Part shown: positions 12,701 to 21,279 of the stretch, piece by piece | How the letters are laid out: each line of letters opens with the position of its first letter | Position numbering within the stretch: the stretch's first letter is position 1 | DNA from: Candidatus Poribacteria bacterium | Lineage (GTDB): Bacteria > Poribacteria > WGA-4E > WGA-3G | DNA length: 64,000 bases | Direction: 5' to 3' | Assembly: GCA_963663765.2 (NCBI GenBank) | Contig: CAXXUA010000004.1 | Location: forward strand, 896,001-960,000 | The notes under the pieces: model-generated | Database searches by the model: none | The model's input: only the letters and a program-made list of their open reading frames with translations | What the model was told of the DNA's origin: nothing | Translations under genes and position numbers: made by a program

Positions 12701-13190
12701 TTAATTCTTCTGGTGGTACATCTTGTGCTTGTTCAGACAGTGTTGCTGCTTTTGTTAGTTCACGTATAGCGTTTTCATGTTGGCGTAAGGTAACATATAT
12801 TTTGCCAAGTGCAAAAAATGCGTAATAATTGTTGCTGGATAATTCAGCTGCGCGCTGATATGCAGCAACTGCATCTGTATCTTTCCCAAGTCGTTTTTGT
12901 ATGTGACCTACAATCAGTTGGAGATTAGCATCATTTGGTTTAGCTTCTGCTTCCGCTTGATAGTCAGACAACATAGCCTCTAAACCATCACCTTCAAGGT
13001 AGAACTGGTATAGACGGTCAAATGTACTACCTTCTTTTGGCTTGCGTTGAAGCATAAGCTTATATCGTTCAATGACTTTTTCGTTGGATATTTCACTCTG
13101 TGCAAAAATGCTTATATCTAAACAGAAAATACCAAAGAAAACAAGACTCAATATATAAGCTGCAATGTGAAGTTTACCTGTTTTTTTCAC
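3753..13190 (-). CDS. giant secreted TPR-repeat protein with a LamG-like domain and a C-terminal beta-sandwich (PA14/CBM-like) domain
   Basis: N-terminal signal peptide; dozens of TPR-like repeats; ALELDG…WIKP…WHHITGV…GLIDEVSIWN; WLILGPF…DDQSKVWVNG…GKNTILVKV. Confidence 0.85.
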   Translation of the reverse strand: MKKTGKLHIAAYILSLVFFGIFCLDISIFAQSEISNEKVIERYKLMLQRKPKEGSTFDRLYQFYLEGDGLEAMLSDYQAEAEAKPNDANLQLIVGHIQKRLGKDTDAVAAYQRAAELSSNNYYAFFALGKIYVTLRQHENAIRELTKAATLSEQAQDVPPEELTEIYKSLGHAYFRRDKIDEAVKAWQKISELDPNDIFARIELADLFREQELYEQAIEQHQEIIKLKKDDPYRICLSRREIGNIYEAKTEYQNAIESYDEALSLTAPGNWLRKDLQHRIIGIYAADSNWKGLIEYYQVKLEETPNEPELLGLLAAAYIEDQQQEEGIKTYRKGVELAPTDTNLRLNLISALRNAEKYAGAAEEYEAISQQDPDNFGVYRELGELYLHLDDEEKARTTYQRMIDRAPNNAGTHLILAEIYTGHEWMEDAAAQYEKALSITPNNLDYIEYFGEFYFRQGNREKAIETWNRMVAGAKNVAENYDRLARLLDTKAYKTEALAASRKAVELKPEEYRYHEALAKRLMANSKFDDALVEFTEAAKLAPNEFFAEKMNDQRIELFRRQGTLVEKIEEAEAELKASNLPSETVFDHQKRLAKMYLKLGNITYALEVLLKAKELKPDDVIINRWLAKIYEQQGRRDDANTIFTRLIDVDNANAREYYANIARSYLNVMDFEEATEFAKKVVAHSPRNPDGHQLIAEIAKVSGNFDEAIDSLKKAIRLRPEATDIRSELAGTYKLAGKPRQAIAQYWRCWELSTSVSDKLIFIKPLSETYYNLGQRTELEDKLKLMAKTSPSSVAPVIALAELYRMQDDLSKARFQLARALDKKPDNPELLSELVNISLDLGDNQDALSYQEKLVKSDPDTAHQRRLGELLFDAGREQEAIQSWTKLLHAKNQTLEAEIKLATLLIRHGLVDEALLILDRAAEKITGPDAYQPLYQLGAMFVRLNESERALPHFQRILEMPKPDETDANKASASNTANRIGPPNIDIYKFNAAKNLVSTIQNSSSSNSRGRQWSPRDYDQAQSAAVVQIVTFLQQNGKQNELIDKLEAEVANNPRDIQTLEKLAQIYVLLEDTDKSEDITNRLIDASPNDITYKAIRLSREIQKGLDTETFEKYLNNIDGLSEEARLWYIISYVTKLYQEGKKAEAEKFFTDIKNIKFTSINTTYTYVNALVQSGKIDEAEKVIADLTYPPKTSWWQYQQIYQTLTTVYYRDGKIDKALDLSWKLLEDTKPKTSHARNVAPLATSSLSYGGYSPVQARFPTSTKYFNQNRLSYLQETFNRLWIVNQNDLLYAKLRSVLEAAEDTDRIFPSLAMSYCYWWDGQREKAQEIITNLQKEFPTDLTIKLITVFISIQTGQHTASIPLLEDLAEADPKNRRQYYDLMLQIALHHGNTAAVRKMMTSILNSPSGARDIYQFSLKLQEAGLTQFAVAVAKKAMTLSMRERDPNFLVQLSQHLQRLGRGQDAAILAERALRFAHQRDQYGRTMGSYNLQQATTIAHQSKNKNNREAILLEAVSKNPKSFRSQIKLANYYESISQVKKASDAFKAALELRPKDSMTRHRYAQMLQKNGNSVDAVTEYTALIKADPNILGNNYWEVTDLFFSAGKVDILVSMVKDSVIPAIGQSYASNFARNVAQECLRRNNPKASIELYELLIKEQPDYGYLYSSLASAYLAANERDKAIKFVRDNLETLAVPYQQQMVAKIVEIYKGSDEIDGLITEYTTELSENPEKPILIYLLARMKIMAKDLEGADQLTQQLLDMDSVRTEWITSLADAFRGAKDSKREIKLLEESLTRNTTQHSSQIASVYQKLGNAYKKEKEEEKALDAFRKMGALRLTRQYYWEKDSVARIYMQHKMWDEAEVLFTELLNDLSVDRYYRDRAREQLLTIKQKRDGKTETEESSEDIKSMNVGLQRALAQQYTRNNEVKKAIEIYENIYKIMPEDFESRKQLASLYTRQNEHDKATEIWKALLEADPVNTMYKDGLVTSYKNAGNLNTAFELAQSFIDQEPDVGAHYMRIARLYSGDNKNQEAITSYNKAVELMPGNAQVHQQLAKLYLQDDELDQAENAYINAIQYTADPYGRRNIERDLISLYKQQGTLEEKLTAAEENGTITLELQKELASHYKKENKLDEAVASYKRARNMTSDRYERQNISNEMLKLYVKQDKIDSAIEVYETLGQYSYTGMSISYSSSGVTVKFGGDDARNTLINAFNQESKLDSLRNIFEEKLEKDPKNVVFLEMIAEIYRKANDYVKTAEAYQALCEVQPSNVRGFYRAAIAYHKNEQTEDAKTMIEKGKTALANNSRKNDTWFVGSLATICHDNGLFEPTIDLVETITNNNNNKNLTAGSVNEVLLKLLGQSYIATLQYEKAANAYQNLVKIARNDSQRKTAETALHQANLQGNLYEKKIPEQEKNVQENPDDPDAYVVLAKSYEYTDNLEKAVAQYEKLSELQPDKPKWQRTIGDLYQNQRIKTGEVQNTALELDGKDSYFEVGDSETLNNINKQITMTAWIKPTNYPKRYQPIIFKGDNRNSDVSNRSYNLWLRNDGAIQLSSSPKGKQQSFVYSPSGSIMLNEWHHITGVIDSQNDSIKLYINGSEVGQKDYKGEESVHESTLPLRIGSSHEDIRETHATFTGLIDEVSIWNIPLTPEQIQSCMDNKLNGNEPGLVSYWSFDEMSDESISDVSPNSNDGKLMGTSKLTTYARPIFAPPGAEQMEKAAAAYEKAILIKPDNYEMYRLLAQIYIKADDPFKVESVYQRALDAPISQSDQNIVIQDIANLYTDKGLEKNLIPVLEELKPKMAWSAKLHELIGNTYKKLGDSENADLAYADWIKIREEQVSKSGEPADFRMFADELLTNNLFPETALKFAQQAAQNTSSSSYTYLLTLGRAYLVNEEFDKAYGQFKKSIIMVTHRDNQRDMFAWIAQFGKNTEQKDGFEELLKKLIEIETNDITVPMTLKLMLAEFYLTNDKPKQAKDVIKSTGFITEHQWLILGPFDNNGGIGYTTSYIPENTTEIDLKATYKGLNGKVSWKKCDDDLLNGYVSLGEDINWGVAYAYATVSSPDERDVQFKYDGDDQSKVWVNGKQVYTNNSAQAAVMDNNTIPVKLNAGKNTILVKVCEQTGFWGFYLRITDKDGKPYDDLTISEPE

Positions 13191-13221
13191 CTAAACGACC
13201 TCCATTTTATGTTATGTCTAC

Positions 13222-13341
13222 CAGGGTTATTCAGTTTTCCTAATCTTTGGATTTTTCAAAAATGAACCCCGCGGTAGGAGCGACCTCCCGGTCGCGATTT
13301 TCTCAGGAAACGACTAAAATAGCTAAAACTAAATAACCCTG
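13222..13341. mobile_element. MITE family A (120 bp) with a central GTAG REP hairpin
   Basis: TIR CAGGGTTATT.AGTTTT; 9-bp duplication TATGTCTAC on both sides; internal GTAGGAGCGACCTCCCGGTCGC. Confidence 0.85.
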
Positions 13342-13376
13342 TATGTCTACATACCTTTATTGTAGTATTTAGAAGG

Positions 13377-14315
13377 TTATGCTGCCAACGCAGCGAATAT
13401 CGCTTTGATATAACCCACAGAATATGCTAACCCAACATTGCCTTCTAACCTTGGAATGTGGTCTGCATTAATACATCCATTAAACCCAACCTTTTTTAAT
13501 TCACTGACAATTCTATACATATTCATATCACCATCATCAAGTAACGTTTCCTCAAATGCCCCAGCAGTCGCAAGACTTCCTCGGACATTACGCAGGTGAA
13601 CCATAAAAATACGTCCCTTGCGACCATAATTGTTAATCTCATCAAGTACGATGGCACTCCCTCCAGCTTCAGCACGGGTTCCACAACAGTATAAATAACC
13701 GACATTCCTGCTTGGGAACGCATCAATCACGCGATGAAACCCCAATGTACCGAGTGGTGTATCAGGATTCGGAACATCAGACGGATGGATAGCAAGTTTA
13801 ATGTCATGTTCATCAGCAATTGGAACTAATGCATCGTATACTTCACAGAAACGTTTCCACCACTCCTCAAGTTCTGCCACCGTTGGTGTTTCAGGAGGGT
13901 TCTTTGTTGCTGCACGACTTTCTCCACGAGACGTATAGCCTCCACGATGTACCGCAGTATACCGTGTCATTAGATAGTCAAACGTATCACCCCAAAACCT
14001 TTGTCTTGCTATAGGGACTCCTGCTTCTGCAAACACTTGGAGTGCATTGCAAGTGTTCTCTAATTCCTTTTCCCCATCCGTTTGTCCTTTCATGAACTTT
14101 TCAGTGATGTTTGGTAGGGTAACACGATTTATGTCTAATCCATAGGAACGTATCCGTTTTTTTATTTTTAGTAGTTCATCTAAATCGGGATACCCTTGTT
14201 CCTTGACACCGGGAAATGAACCGCCATTTCCAAAGTCAATACAATCAGCACCGAGTTGGGTTACCTGTGTCAGATATGTGTCTGTAAGTCCGCCATCCCA
14301 GACAGAAACTTTCAT
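13377..14315 (-). CDS. mannonate dehydratase (UxuA)-like TIM-barrel protein
   Basis: LAIHPSD, VHLRNVRG, FEETLLDDGDMNM, ADHIP, AYSVGYIKA. Confidence 0.75.
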   Translation of the reverse strand: MKVSVWDGGLTDTYLTQVTQLGADCIDFGNGGSFPGVKEQGYPDLDELLKIKKRIRSYGLDINRVTLPNITEKFMKGQTDGEKELENTCNALQVFAEAGVPIARQRFWGDTFDYLMTRYTAVHRGGYTSRGESRAATKNPPETPTVAELEEWWKRFCEVYDALVPIADEHDIKLAIHPSDVPNPDTPLGTLGFHRVIDAFPSRNVGYLYCCGTRAEAGGSAIVLDEINNYGRKGRIFMVHLRNVRGSLATAGAFEETLLDDGDMNMYRIVSELKKVGFNGCINADHIPRLEGNVGLAYSVGYIKAIFAALAA

Positions 14316-15331
14316 ACTTCCTCCTTTAACAAAGGTAATGCTACAGGATGTCCAGATTCAACGGATTGGTATGCAGCTAAAGCGATTTCAACTGCTGCCC
14401 TACCATCACGTCCTGAAATTGGAGGGGGTGTGTCTTGTCGAACCGCATTAACAAATACGCGTATTTCTTGTTGCACAGGCGGCGGTACTTTAATATCGCT
14501 AATGCGTATACTTCTTCCTTCCCCTTCAAAAGGTTTTATCTGAATAGATGCATCACCACCCCATATTTGTGGGAAATAGATAGATCCTTTTTCACAGTCA
14601 ACTCTCCCGCCGTAACCACCTACCGCAGCAACATGACTGGAATGTAACAATCCCACAGCTCCATTCTCAAAATTCAATGAAGCAAGCACAACATCAGGAT
14701 AGTCTGTATGTTCTTGGACGTATTGACCACCTGCAGCAAACACGGATTTTACATCTCCGCAGGTCCACCGCATAAAATCTATCTCATGTGCGTTGATTTC
14801 CATGAGACTGCCACCGGACTTTGCCCTTTCCAACCGCCATGGAGTGCGATGTCCACCCCGCCAAGGTCCACCAATACGATGCACCATCATGTTGACAGGT
14901 ACTCCTAATTCGCCGCTATGGACAATTTCACGTACTCTGGAATGTGTGGCATGGTAACGACAGACCAAACCAATTGTCAATTTGACTCCGTTTTCCGATG
15001 TCGCTTTGATCATTGCATCACAATCTTCCAATGTGGGTGCCATCGGTTTTTCGGAGAAAATGTGTTTTCCAGCATTTGCAGCGTCAACCGCCATCTGTGC
15101 ATGTAAGAATGGTGGTGAAGCAATAAGGACTACGTCAATATCATCATTTCCAAGCAGTTCATGGTAATCAGTTGTGTAGTTTGTGTCAAGGTTGTCAGCA
15201 AGTGTTTTTGCTAATTTCTGCTGTAGATCACTGACGCAAATGACCTCTATACCTTCAACAGCATTCGCTCCATTTGCAAGGCTTCTGCCCATACCACCAC
15301 AACCAATTACCCCTACTCCAACTGTTTCCAT
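14312..15331 (-). CDS. Gfo/Idh/MocA oxidoreductase
   Basis: GVIGCGGMG Rossmann motif, GKHIFSEKP, HEID. Confidence 0.9.
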   Translation of the reverse strand: METVGVGVIGCGGMGRSLANGANAVEGIEVICVSDLQQKLAKTLADNLDTNYTTDYHELLGNDDIDVVLIASPPFLHAQMAVDAANAGKHIFSEKPMAPTLEDCDAMIKATSENGVKLTIGLVCRYHATHSRVREIVHSGELGVPVNMMVHRIGGPWRGGHRTPWRLERAKSGGSLMEINAHEIDFMRWTCGDVKSVFAAGGQYVQEHTDYPDVVLASLNFENGAVGLLHSSHVAAVGGYGGRVDCEKGSIYFPQIWGGDASIQIKPFEGEGRSIRISDIKVPPPVQQEIRVFVNAVRQDTPPPISGRDGRAAVEIALAAYQSVESGHPVALPLLKEEV

Positions 15332-15447
15332 ATAATTTATACCCCAAATTTACCAATTGTTGAGAAAACCTACACCAAGACACTGCTGCGAAACAAATGA
15401 TAATAGCTAAACAGACAATAAACCAATTCCAAAAATTCTCAATTCAA

Positions 15448-16285
15448 TTATCTACGTCTTGACTTGATCTGTCCCCATGTCACACTCAAATGTTTACTTG
15501 TAGGACTAACATCAAGACCTTCTGCATTCATATTGTGTACTACTTCAGCAGCAGTCAACGCACGGTCATATATACGAAATTCGTCTATATATCCTTAGTA
15601 TAGCATCACAATTACAACCATCAGACCTATCACCAATAGCAAGTTTTAGACCACCTTTAGCAAGATTACCACCTGCAACTGAATGCTGTATAGCAAGTTC
15701 TCCATTCACATAGTAATTTGCTACAGAACCATCATAAGTACCAACAAGGTGTAACCATTTGTCAAGTGGGATATCTTCCTGAACAGTGTGTTCGGCAGCT
15801 TGTGTCGCATTATTACCAACTTTGACAAAAAAACCATGTCGGTTGTCATCGTCATCATAATATAGACTTGCGACTTTACTGTTTGTGGGTTCATCATCAA
15901 GAGAAATAATTCGATTCCAACTATCATCCAGTGCTATGATATATACCCAACATTCCAATGTTATCTCATTCCAATCTCTGTCAATTCTGGGTGGGTTTGT
16001 ATCTTCTACAAGAAGATAGTCTACTTCACCGTCAAGTAGGATACATTCACCCACCTTACAATCAGGTGCAAGCGCGAGTTCAGGATCTCCATTAACTCTT
16101 GCAATCAGTCCAGCATACGTGTCTTCAACGTAATCTTGTATCTGCACTGTACCGCTATCAAATGACCAATAAGCCACTAATCCATCCTCAACAGCACCAA
16201 TAATAGCATCTGTCGAATATGTAGTCATAAACAAGAGAAAACAAATAATCGCTATTACCTTTATTGATAAAAAGGCCTGTTTCAT
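15448..16285 (-). pseudogene. secreted LamG-like protein with a 1-nt frameshift near 15597
   Basis: Signal peptide, GLVAYWSFD, WLHLVGTYDG; shifted frame continues GYIDEFRIYDRALTAAEV…VSPTSKHLSVTWGQIKSRRR*. Confidence 0.75.
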
Positions 16286-16379
16286 AGCAAGAATACCTCC
16301 TATGCTGTATGTATTATAAAAGTTAATACAGAATTGGGTATAACTTTTGAGACCAATATTCCTCCCAATTATAACCTAT

Positions 16380-16498
16380 CGAGACTTACGCAGTTTTCAT
16401 GATTTAAACAAGAATTATGACGAAAATGATGTAATTTTCAGCATTTTAAACTTCCAGCGCCGCTAACAAAACCCACCTACCTTTATGCGTAAGTCCTA
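16380..16498. mobile_element. MITE family B, degenerate copy
   Basis: GACTTACGCA … TGCGTAAGTCC ends; internal sequence shared with the copies at 19302, 21031 and 40188. Confidence 0.6.
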
Positions 16499-16553
16499 AC
16501 GATGCATTTATTCATCAATAAGAAAGGGTAATGAAAAACATAATTCTAATATA

Positions 16554-16778
16554 ACGACTTGTGCCAGTTAACCCATTGTTTTCAAAGTTTTTACATATAT
16601 TAGGTTTATAATGCATACATATCGTCCCTACGGGACTAAAGAGGATGTACTATACCGTTTTTCTATAAACATATCGTCCCTACGGGACTGAAGATCGTTT
16701 CAAACTATGAAGGACACCTGCAAAACGCCATGCTTATGTGAAACAATGATTAACATATAGTTATTTAGCACAACTCGT
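16554..16778. mobile_element. MITE family K carrying two GTCCCTACGGGAC hairpins
   Basis: ACGACTTGTGC…GCACAACTCGT ends flanked by TA; near-identical partial copy at 31308-31537. Confidence 0.65.
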
Positions 16779-18169
16779 TAATATAGGTCTCGTATAGCAC
16801 GACGACGACGGTCTTCTCGAATATCTTCTCTTTCTTCATCAGAAACTTGGTCAACACCTACAGCCCTTATTGAACGATATTGCGCCGCTTCACTTCTACG
16901 TTTAAAGAGTCGGAAATAATCAAATCTTGTAAGGGTTGGTGGGATATTTCCTGGGCAAAGAGAATGTAAACCTACATTTACTCTTGGTCCCATAGCGACC
17001 CGTGTGACACCGACACCTTTCCAATGAATGCCGTCCTGACTTGCAAAAGCCATGAATTGATTACCTCTACGTTCAAGACGTAAGAATAGTTCGCGAACAT
17101 TCCGCATTCCCCCGCGAGCGACAAGACTAAACCGACGATTGACATGTCGTTCAAAACGAACATCTCCACGGAAAGCGTGCGGTCCCGAGGTTTTCTCTAA
17201 TCGTACGAACTGGTTTTCATTTTTCCATATAATCAAACCACCATGTTCTCTGAGTTGCGATGAGATACGCATACGTGTTTCAATTGCAAAGTCTTCAGTA
17301 ACATCCATCAGGAGTCGAGGTGCTGTCATATCTCCACCTCTACCATTTGGACCGTGCCACAAGTCTTGTCCTGGATCAGTTCGCATCTGAAGGTAACCTT
17401 GCCGTTCAGTCCAATCACCGCCTCCTTGCGGGTCTACCCATTGCCATTCAGGACGCATATCATTTCCAATAAATTCGTCATCAAAAACCATTTCAGTGAA
17501 TTCGCCAGATGATGCCCAACCTTCAATTTTGATAGCAGAAATTTTATCACCAAAACTCTGCGGAAGAAGATGAAGATTTGGGAGTTCTTTCTTATAATCT
17601 TGCGGTTCCATCCGTATCATCAACTTTTGCCCTTCAAAATCAGGATGTTCATAGAAAACGACATCAGCCCCATCAGAAGGGAAATTCGGTCCTTTAAAGA
17701 TTTGGACAGAGGAAATCCTGTCTTCAAACCAAGTACCACCCTGTGGTGTACGTAGGTTCGCTATATCACGCAATATTGTGATTTTCTTTCCTCTAAATTC
17801 AGTATCCTCATAACAGTGTACAATTAAGGGAATGGTGCCCCATTCCGGTCCCACAACATCTATTGTTGAACCGAAGTTGATAGAAGATACTCTATCAGCA
17901 AAGTTGTATGCGACATCATGCAAGTTAGGATAGAATCCAGGACCCAATGCTAACTTTTTCCCTTTGTAGTTAGCATGTTGATATAAGAGAGCCTTATAAT
18001 TTGGACTGCCTGAAAAATTTGGACCTTTATAAATTTTCAGAGATGAGATATTATCTTGAAAACCAATTCTTCCTGTATGTGGTACAGGTTCCAAGATATA
18101 TCCCATCCTACCGCGATAGTTTACATGCTGAAATGCCTCTACGATGAGACGGGGAATTACAACTGGCAT
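16778..18169 (-). CDS. beta/gamma-crystallin protein (4 Greek keys) fused to a ConA-like (DUF1349/GH43-C-like) domain
   Basis: FQHVNYRG/DNISS, YQHANYKG/DRVSS, YEDTEFRG/DRISS, YEHPDFEG/DKISA; TAPRLL…LRLERRGNQF…SQDG..W. Confidence 0.8.
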   Translation of the reverse strand: MPVVIPRLIVEAFQHVNYRGRMGYILEPVPHTGRIGFQDNISSLKIYKGPNFSGSPNYKALLYQHANYKGKKLALGPGFYPNLHDVAYNFADRVSSINFGSTIDVVGPEWGTIPLIVHCYEDTEFRGKKITILRDIANLRTPQGGTWFEDRISSVQIFKGPNFPSDGADVVFYEHPDFEGQKLMIRMEPQDYKKELPNLHLLPQSFGDKISAIKIEGWASSGEFTEMVFDDEFIGNDMRPEWQWVDPQGGGDWTERQGYLQMRTDPGQDLWHGPNGRGGDMTAPRLLMDVTEDFAIETRMRISSQLREHGGLIIWKNENQFVRLEKTSGPHAFRGDVRFERHVNRRFSLVARGGMRNVRELFLRLERRGNQFMAFASQDGIHWKGVGVTRVAMGPRVNVGLHSLCPGNIPPTLTRFDYFRLFKRRSEAAQYRSIRAVGVDQVSDEEREDIREDRRRRAIRDLY

Positions 18170-18239
18170 CTTTTTCTCCTATGTGTTAATATGCATTCAT
18201 TACAGTATTCTAACCACTTTTCTGTCAATTGTAAAAATA

Positions 18240-19238
18240 TTAATCTTCAAAAGCAGCATCAAACGCAACAGCGGAAGGTTCAAAGTCATACCCTTTTACT
18301 GCACCACATGCTTCACTTGCGCCGTGTTCACGGTCCATACCACTGTCTTCCCATTCAATTGAGAGTGGACCATCATAACCGATGTTATTCAATGCACGAA
18401 TAATTTCTTCGAAATCAATACTTCCACGACCGATTGAACGGAAATCCCAGAAACGTCTTGCATCTCCGAATCCGAGATGACCACCGAATACACCTGCTAA
18501 CCGTGGTGTGTCTGCCCACCAGACATCTTTCATGTGCACATGATAGATACGGTCGCGGAAAATCTCTATGAATGCGACATAATCGACGCCTTGATATCCA
18601 AGGTGACTTGGGTCATAGTTGAAACCGAATGTTTCTCTACCATCAAGGACATCAATTGCGCGTTGTGCAGTTACGATGTCAAAAGCAATCTCAGTTGGAT
18701 GTACTTCCAGTCCGAACTTCACACCGACCTCATCAAAGACATCAAAAATCGGATTCCATCTCTCAGCAAAGTCTTTGAAACCGGCATCAATTTCTGATGC
18801 TCCAACAGGGGGAAATGAGTATAGAAAATGCCAGATAGAACTTCCTGTAAATCCGTTTACGACATCTACACCGAGTTGCGCTGCAGCACGTGCTGTGTTT
18901 TTCATCTCTTCCGCAGCTCGCTCCTGGACACCTGAGGGATCACCGTCCCCCCATATTGCTTCTGAGAGTATCCCTTGATGTCTGCTGTCAATGTTGTCAC
19001 ATACTGCTTGTCCGACAAGGTGATTGCTTATTGACCACACCTTCAAGTTATACTTTGCAAGCAGGTCATGTCTACCTTGGCAATAACCATCATCGGATAG
19101 TGCTTTGTCTACTTCAAAATGATCACCCCAGCAAGCGAGTTCTAAACCGTCATAACCCCACTCACTGGCTTTCTTTGCCAAATCTTCAAGTGTTAAATCT
19201 GCCCACTGTCCTGTAAACAGAGTCACAGGTCTTGCCAT
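18240..19238 (-). CDS. sugar phosphate isomerase/epimerase (xylose isomerase-like TIM barrel)
   Basis: [40 protein letters not shown]. Confidence 0.88.
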   Translation of the reverse strand: MARPVTLFTGQWADLTLEDLAKKASEWGYDGLELACWGDHFEVDKALSDDGYCQGRHDLLAKYNLKVWSISNHLVGQAVCDNIDSRHQGILSEAIWGDGDPSGVQERAAEEMKNTARAAAQLGVDVVNGFTGSSIWHFLYSFPPVGASEIDAGFKDFAERWNPIFDVFDEVGVKFGLEVHPTEIAFDIVTAQRAIDVLDGRETFGFNYDPSHLGYQGVDYVAFIEIFRDRIYHVHMKDVWWADTPRLAGVFGGHLGFGDARRFWDFRSIGRGSIDFEEIIRALNNIGYDGPLSIEWEDSGMDREHGASEACGAVKGYDFEPSAVAFDAAFED

Positions 19239-19301
19239 ATTGTATCTCCTTCTTTACATTGAAATTCTTTACATTGAAATTTATTTTTTACTTCATATAA
19301 G

Positions 19302-19423
19302 CAGGATTTACGCAAAAAAGGTAGACGTGCTTTGTAAGCGCGCTGGAAACCCATAAAAACGCTGATAATTGCATCATTTTCAGCAGTTTTCTTGATTAAA
19401 TCAAGAAAACTGCGTAAGTCCTG
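19302..19423. mobile_element. MITE family B
   Basis: CAGGATTTACGCA…TGCGTAAGTCCTG; 5-bp duplication ATAAG; internal GTAGACGTGCTTTGTAAGCGCGC REP. Confidence 0.8.
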
Positions 19424-19444
19424 ATAAGATAATTTTTACGACTA

Positions 19445-20617
19445 CTACGCAGGAGGTGTATAACTTGCATCAACCCAACCCCGCTGCTTTCCACTTTCTA
19501 CCGCAATATTGATGAAATGGACACCACGTGCGCCATCTTGCACAGTTGGGAAATCGGTGTCAAATTCACCTGGGGTTTCACCTGTTATTCTTGCTGCCAT
19601 TGTGCGAGAAGCGTTGACATAAATATTTGCAAATGCCTCTATGAATGCTTCGGGATGACCAAAGGGTATACGAGAATTGTGTTGTGCGATCTCGGCAAGA
19701 TAGTCATTCCCACGTTTATATACCTGTTCGGGGCCGTCAGGATAACGGACATAGAGGTAATTTGGGTTTTCCTGATGCCAATCTAACGATGCATCTGTTC
19801 CATAAACACGAATACGTAAATTGTTCTCTTCTCCGACAGAGATCTGCGATGCAAAAAGGACACCGCGAACACCTTTCTCATAATGTACTAAAAGGTTTCC
19901 ATCATCTTCTAACAACCGTCCTTCAACAAAAGTGGTCATGTCGGCACAGACTTCTTCCATTTCAAGTTGTGTAATGTAATGTGCTAAATTTTCTGCGTGT
20001 GAACCGATGTCCCCGATACATGACGATGCGCCTGCTTGTTTCGGATCTGTACGCCATACTGCTTGCTTAGCACCTTCGTCCTCTAAAAATGTTGACAACC
20101 AACCCTGCGGATATTCTACGACTATCTTCCGAATTGTTCCGAGTTTCCTTTCTTTGACAAGTTCCCGTGCTTGTTTCACCATAGGATAACCCGTATAGTT
20201 GTGCGTCAGAGCAAAAACTACATCGTGCTCATTCACAAGACGACACAATGTTTCTGCATCTTCTACTGTTGTCGTCATCGGTTTATCACAAACCACATGA
20301 AATCCTGCTTCTATGAAGGTCTTTGCAACATCAAAGTGAACATGATTAGGTGTGACAATTGAGACAAAGTCAATTCTTTGACCTTCGGGAAGTTGACTCT
20401 CCTTCTCTGCCATCTCCTTATAAGAACCGTATACACGGTTATCGTCAAGATAGAGTTCTTTACCTTGTTGCTTTGATTTTTCTGGAGACGAAGAAAATGC
20501 ACCAGCAACTAAATCTATTTCACCATCAAGTGCAGCAGCCTTGCGATGCACAGCTCCAATGAATGCATCCGGACCACCGCCTACCATTCCATAACGTATT
20601 TTCCTACCAAGTGGCAT
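19445..20617 (-). CDS. Gfo/Idh/MocA oxidoreductase
   Basis: GMVGGG..AFIG.VHR, VCDKP, DIGSHA; start taken at MPLGRKIRYG. Confidence 0.88.
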   Translation of the reverse strand: MPLGRKIRYGMVGGGPDAFIGAVHRKAAALDGEIDLVAGAFSSSPEKSKQQGKELYLDDNRVYGSYKEMAEKESQLPEGQRIDFVSIVTPNHVHFDVAKTFIEAGFHVVCDKPMTTTVEDAETLCRLVNEHDVVFALTHNYTGYPMVKQARELVKERKLGTIRKIVVEYPQGWLSTFLEDEGAKQAVWRTDPKQAGASSCIGDIGSHAENLAHYITQLEMEEVCADMTTFVEGRLLEDDGNLLVHYEKGVRGVLFASQISVGEENNLRIRVYGTDASLDWHQENPNYLYVRYPDGPEQVYKRGNDYLAEIAQHNSRIPFGHPEAFIEAFANIYVNASRTMAARITGETPGEFDTDFPTVQDGARGVHFINIAVESGKQRGWVDASYTPPA

Positions 20618-20761
20618 ATTGCGTATCCATTCCTTTGTTCGGTGTGCGATGACATCTGCACGTGACATCTCTTGTTTAATCAACACACCAGATAAAATAT
20701 AATGAGTATTATAGAATTATCACATATTAAATCAATTTTTTCAAGGTCTTTTTGTTTTGTG

Positions 20762-20881
20762 CAGGGTTATTCAGTTTTCCTAATGTTTGAATTTTTCAAA
20801 AAATAACCATTCGGTAGGAGCGACCTCCTGGTCGCGATTTTCTCAGGAAACAGCTAAAATACCTAAAACTGAATAACCCTG
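20762..20881. mobile_element. MITE family A
   Basis: Same TIR and internal REP as 13222; 9-bp duplication TGTTTTGTG. Confidence 0.85.
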
Positions 20882-21030
20882 TGTTTTGTGAAGGTTTATA
20901 GGGATTTTGGTATTAGTGTGAAGCAAGATTCATTGATTGGCTTGATTAGTTGTTGATGTTGCTGCATACCATTCCTATGGAATATTTTCTCTAAACAGGA
21001 AGAACTGATGTGATAATCCTGTAATTCTAA

Positions 21031-21279
21031 CAGGACTTATACCAAATAAACGGAATTTATCTTTTTCCAACGGTAGGTGCGGTTTCCTAACCGCACACTT
21101 AGCAAGACGAATCACGCTAATTGGGTATTACGCATTTTTCATGATTTGATGAAGTATTATGATGAAAATGATGCAATTATCAGCGTTTTTATGGGTTTCC
21201 GGCGCGCTTACAAAGCACCAAATCAACGGTATGAATGCTATTTAGGCATTCACCGCCTACAGTTTTTGCGTAAGTCCTG
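21031..21279. mobile_element. MITE family B with an IS630-like mini-element nested in its left TIR (21040-21127)
   Basis: 5-bp duplication TCTAA; CAGGAC-TTA[TACCAAATAAACGG…AATTGGGTA]TTA-CGCA. Confidence 0.75.
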
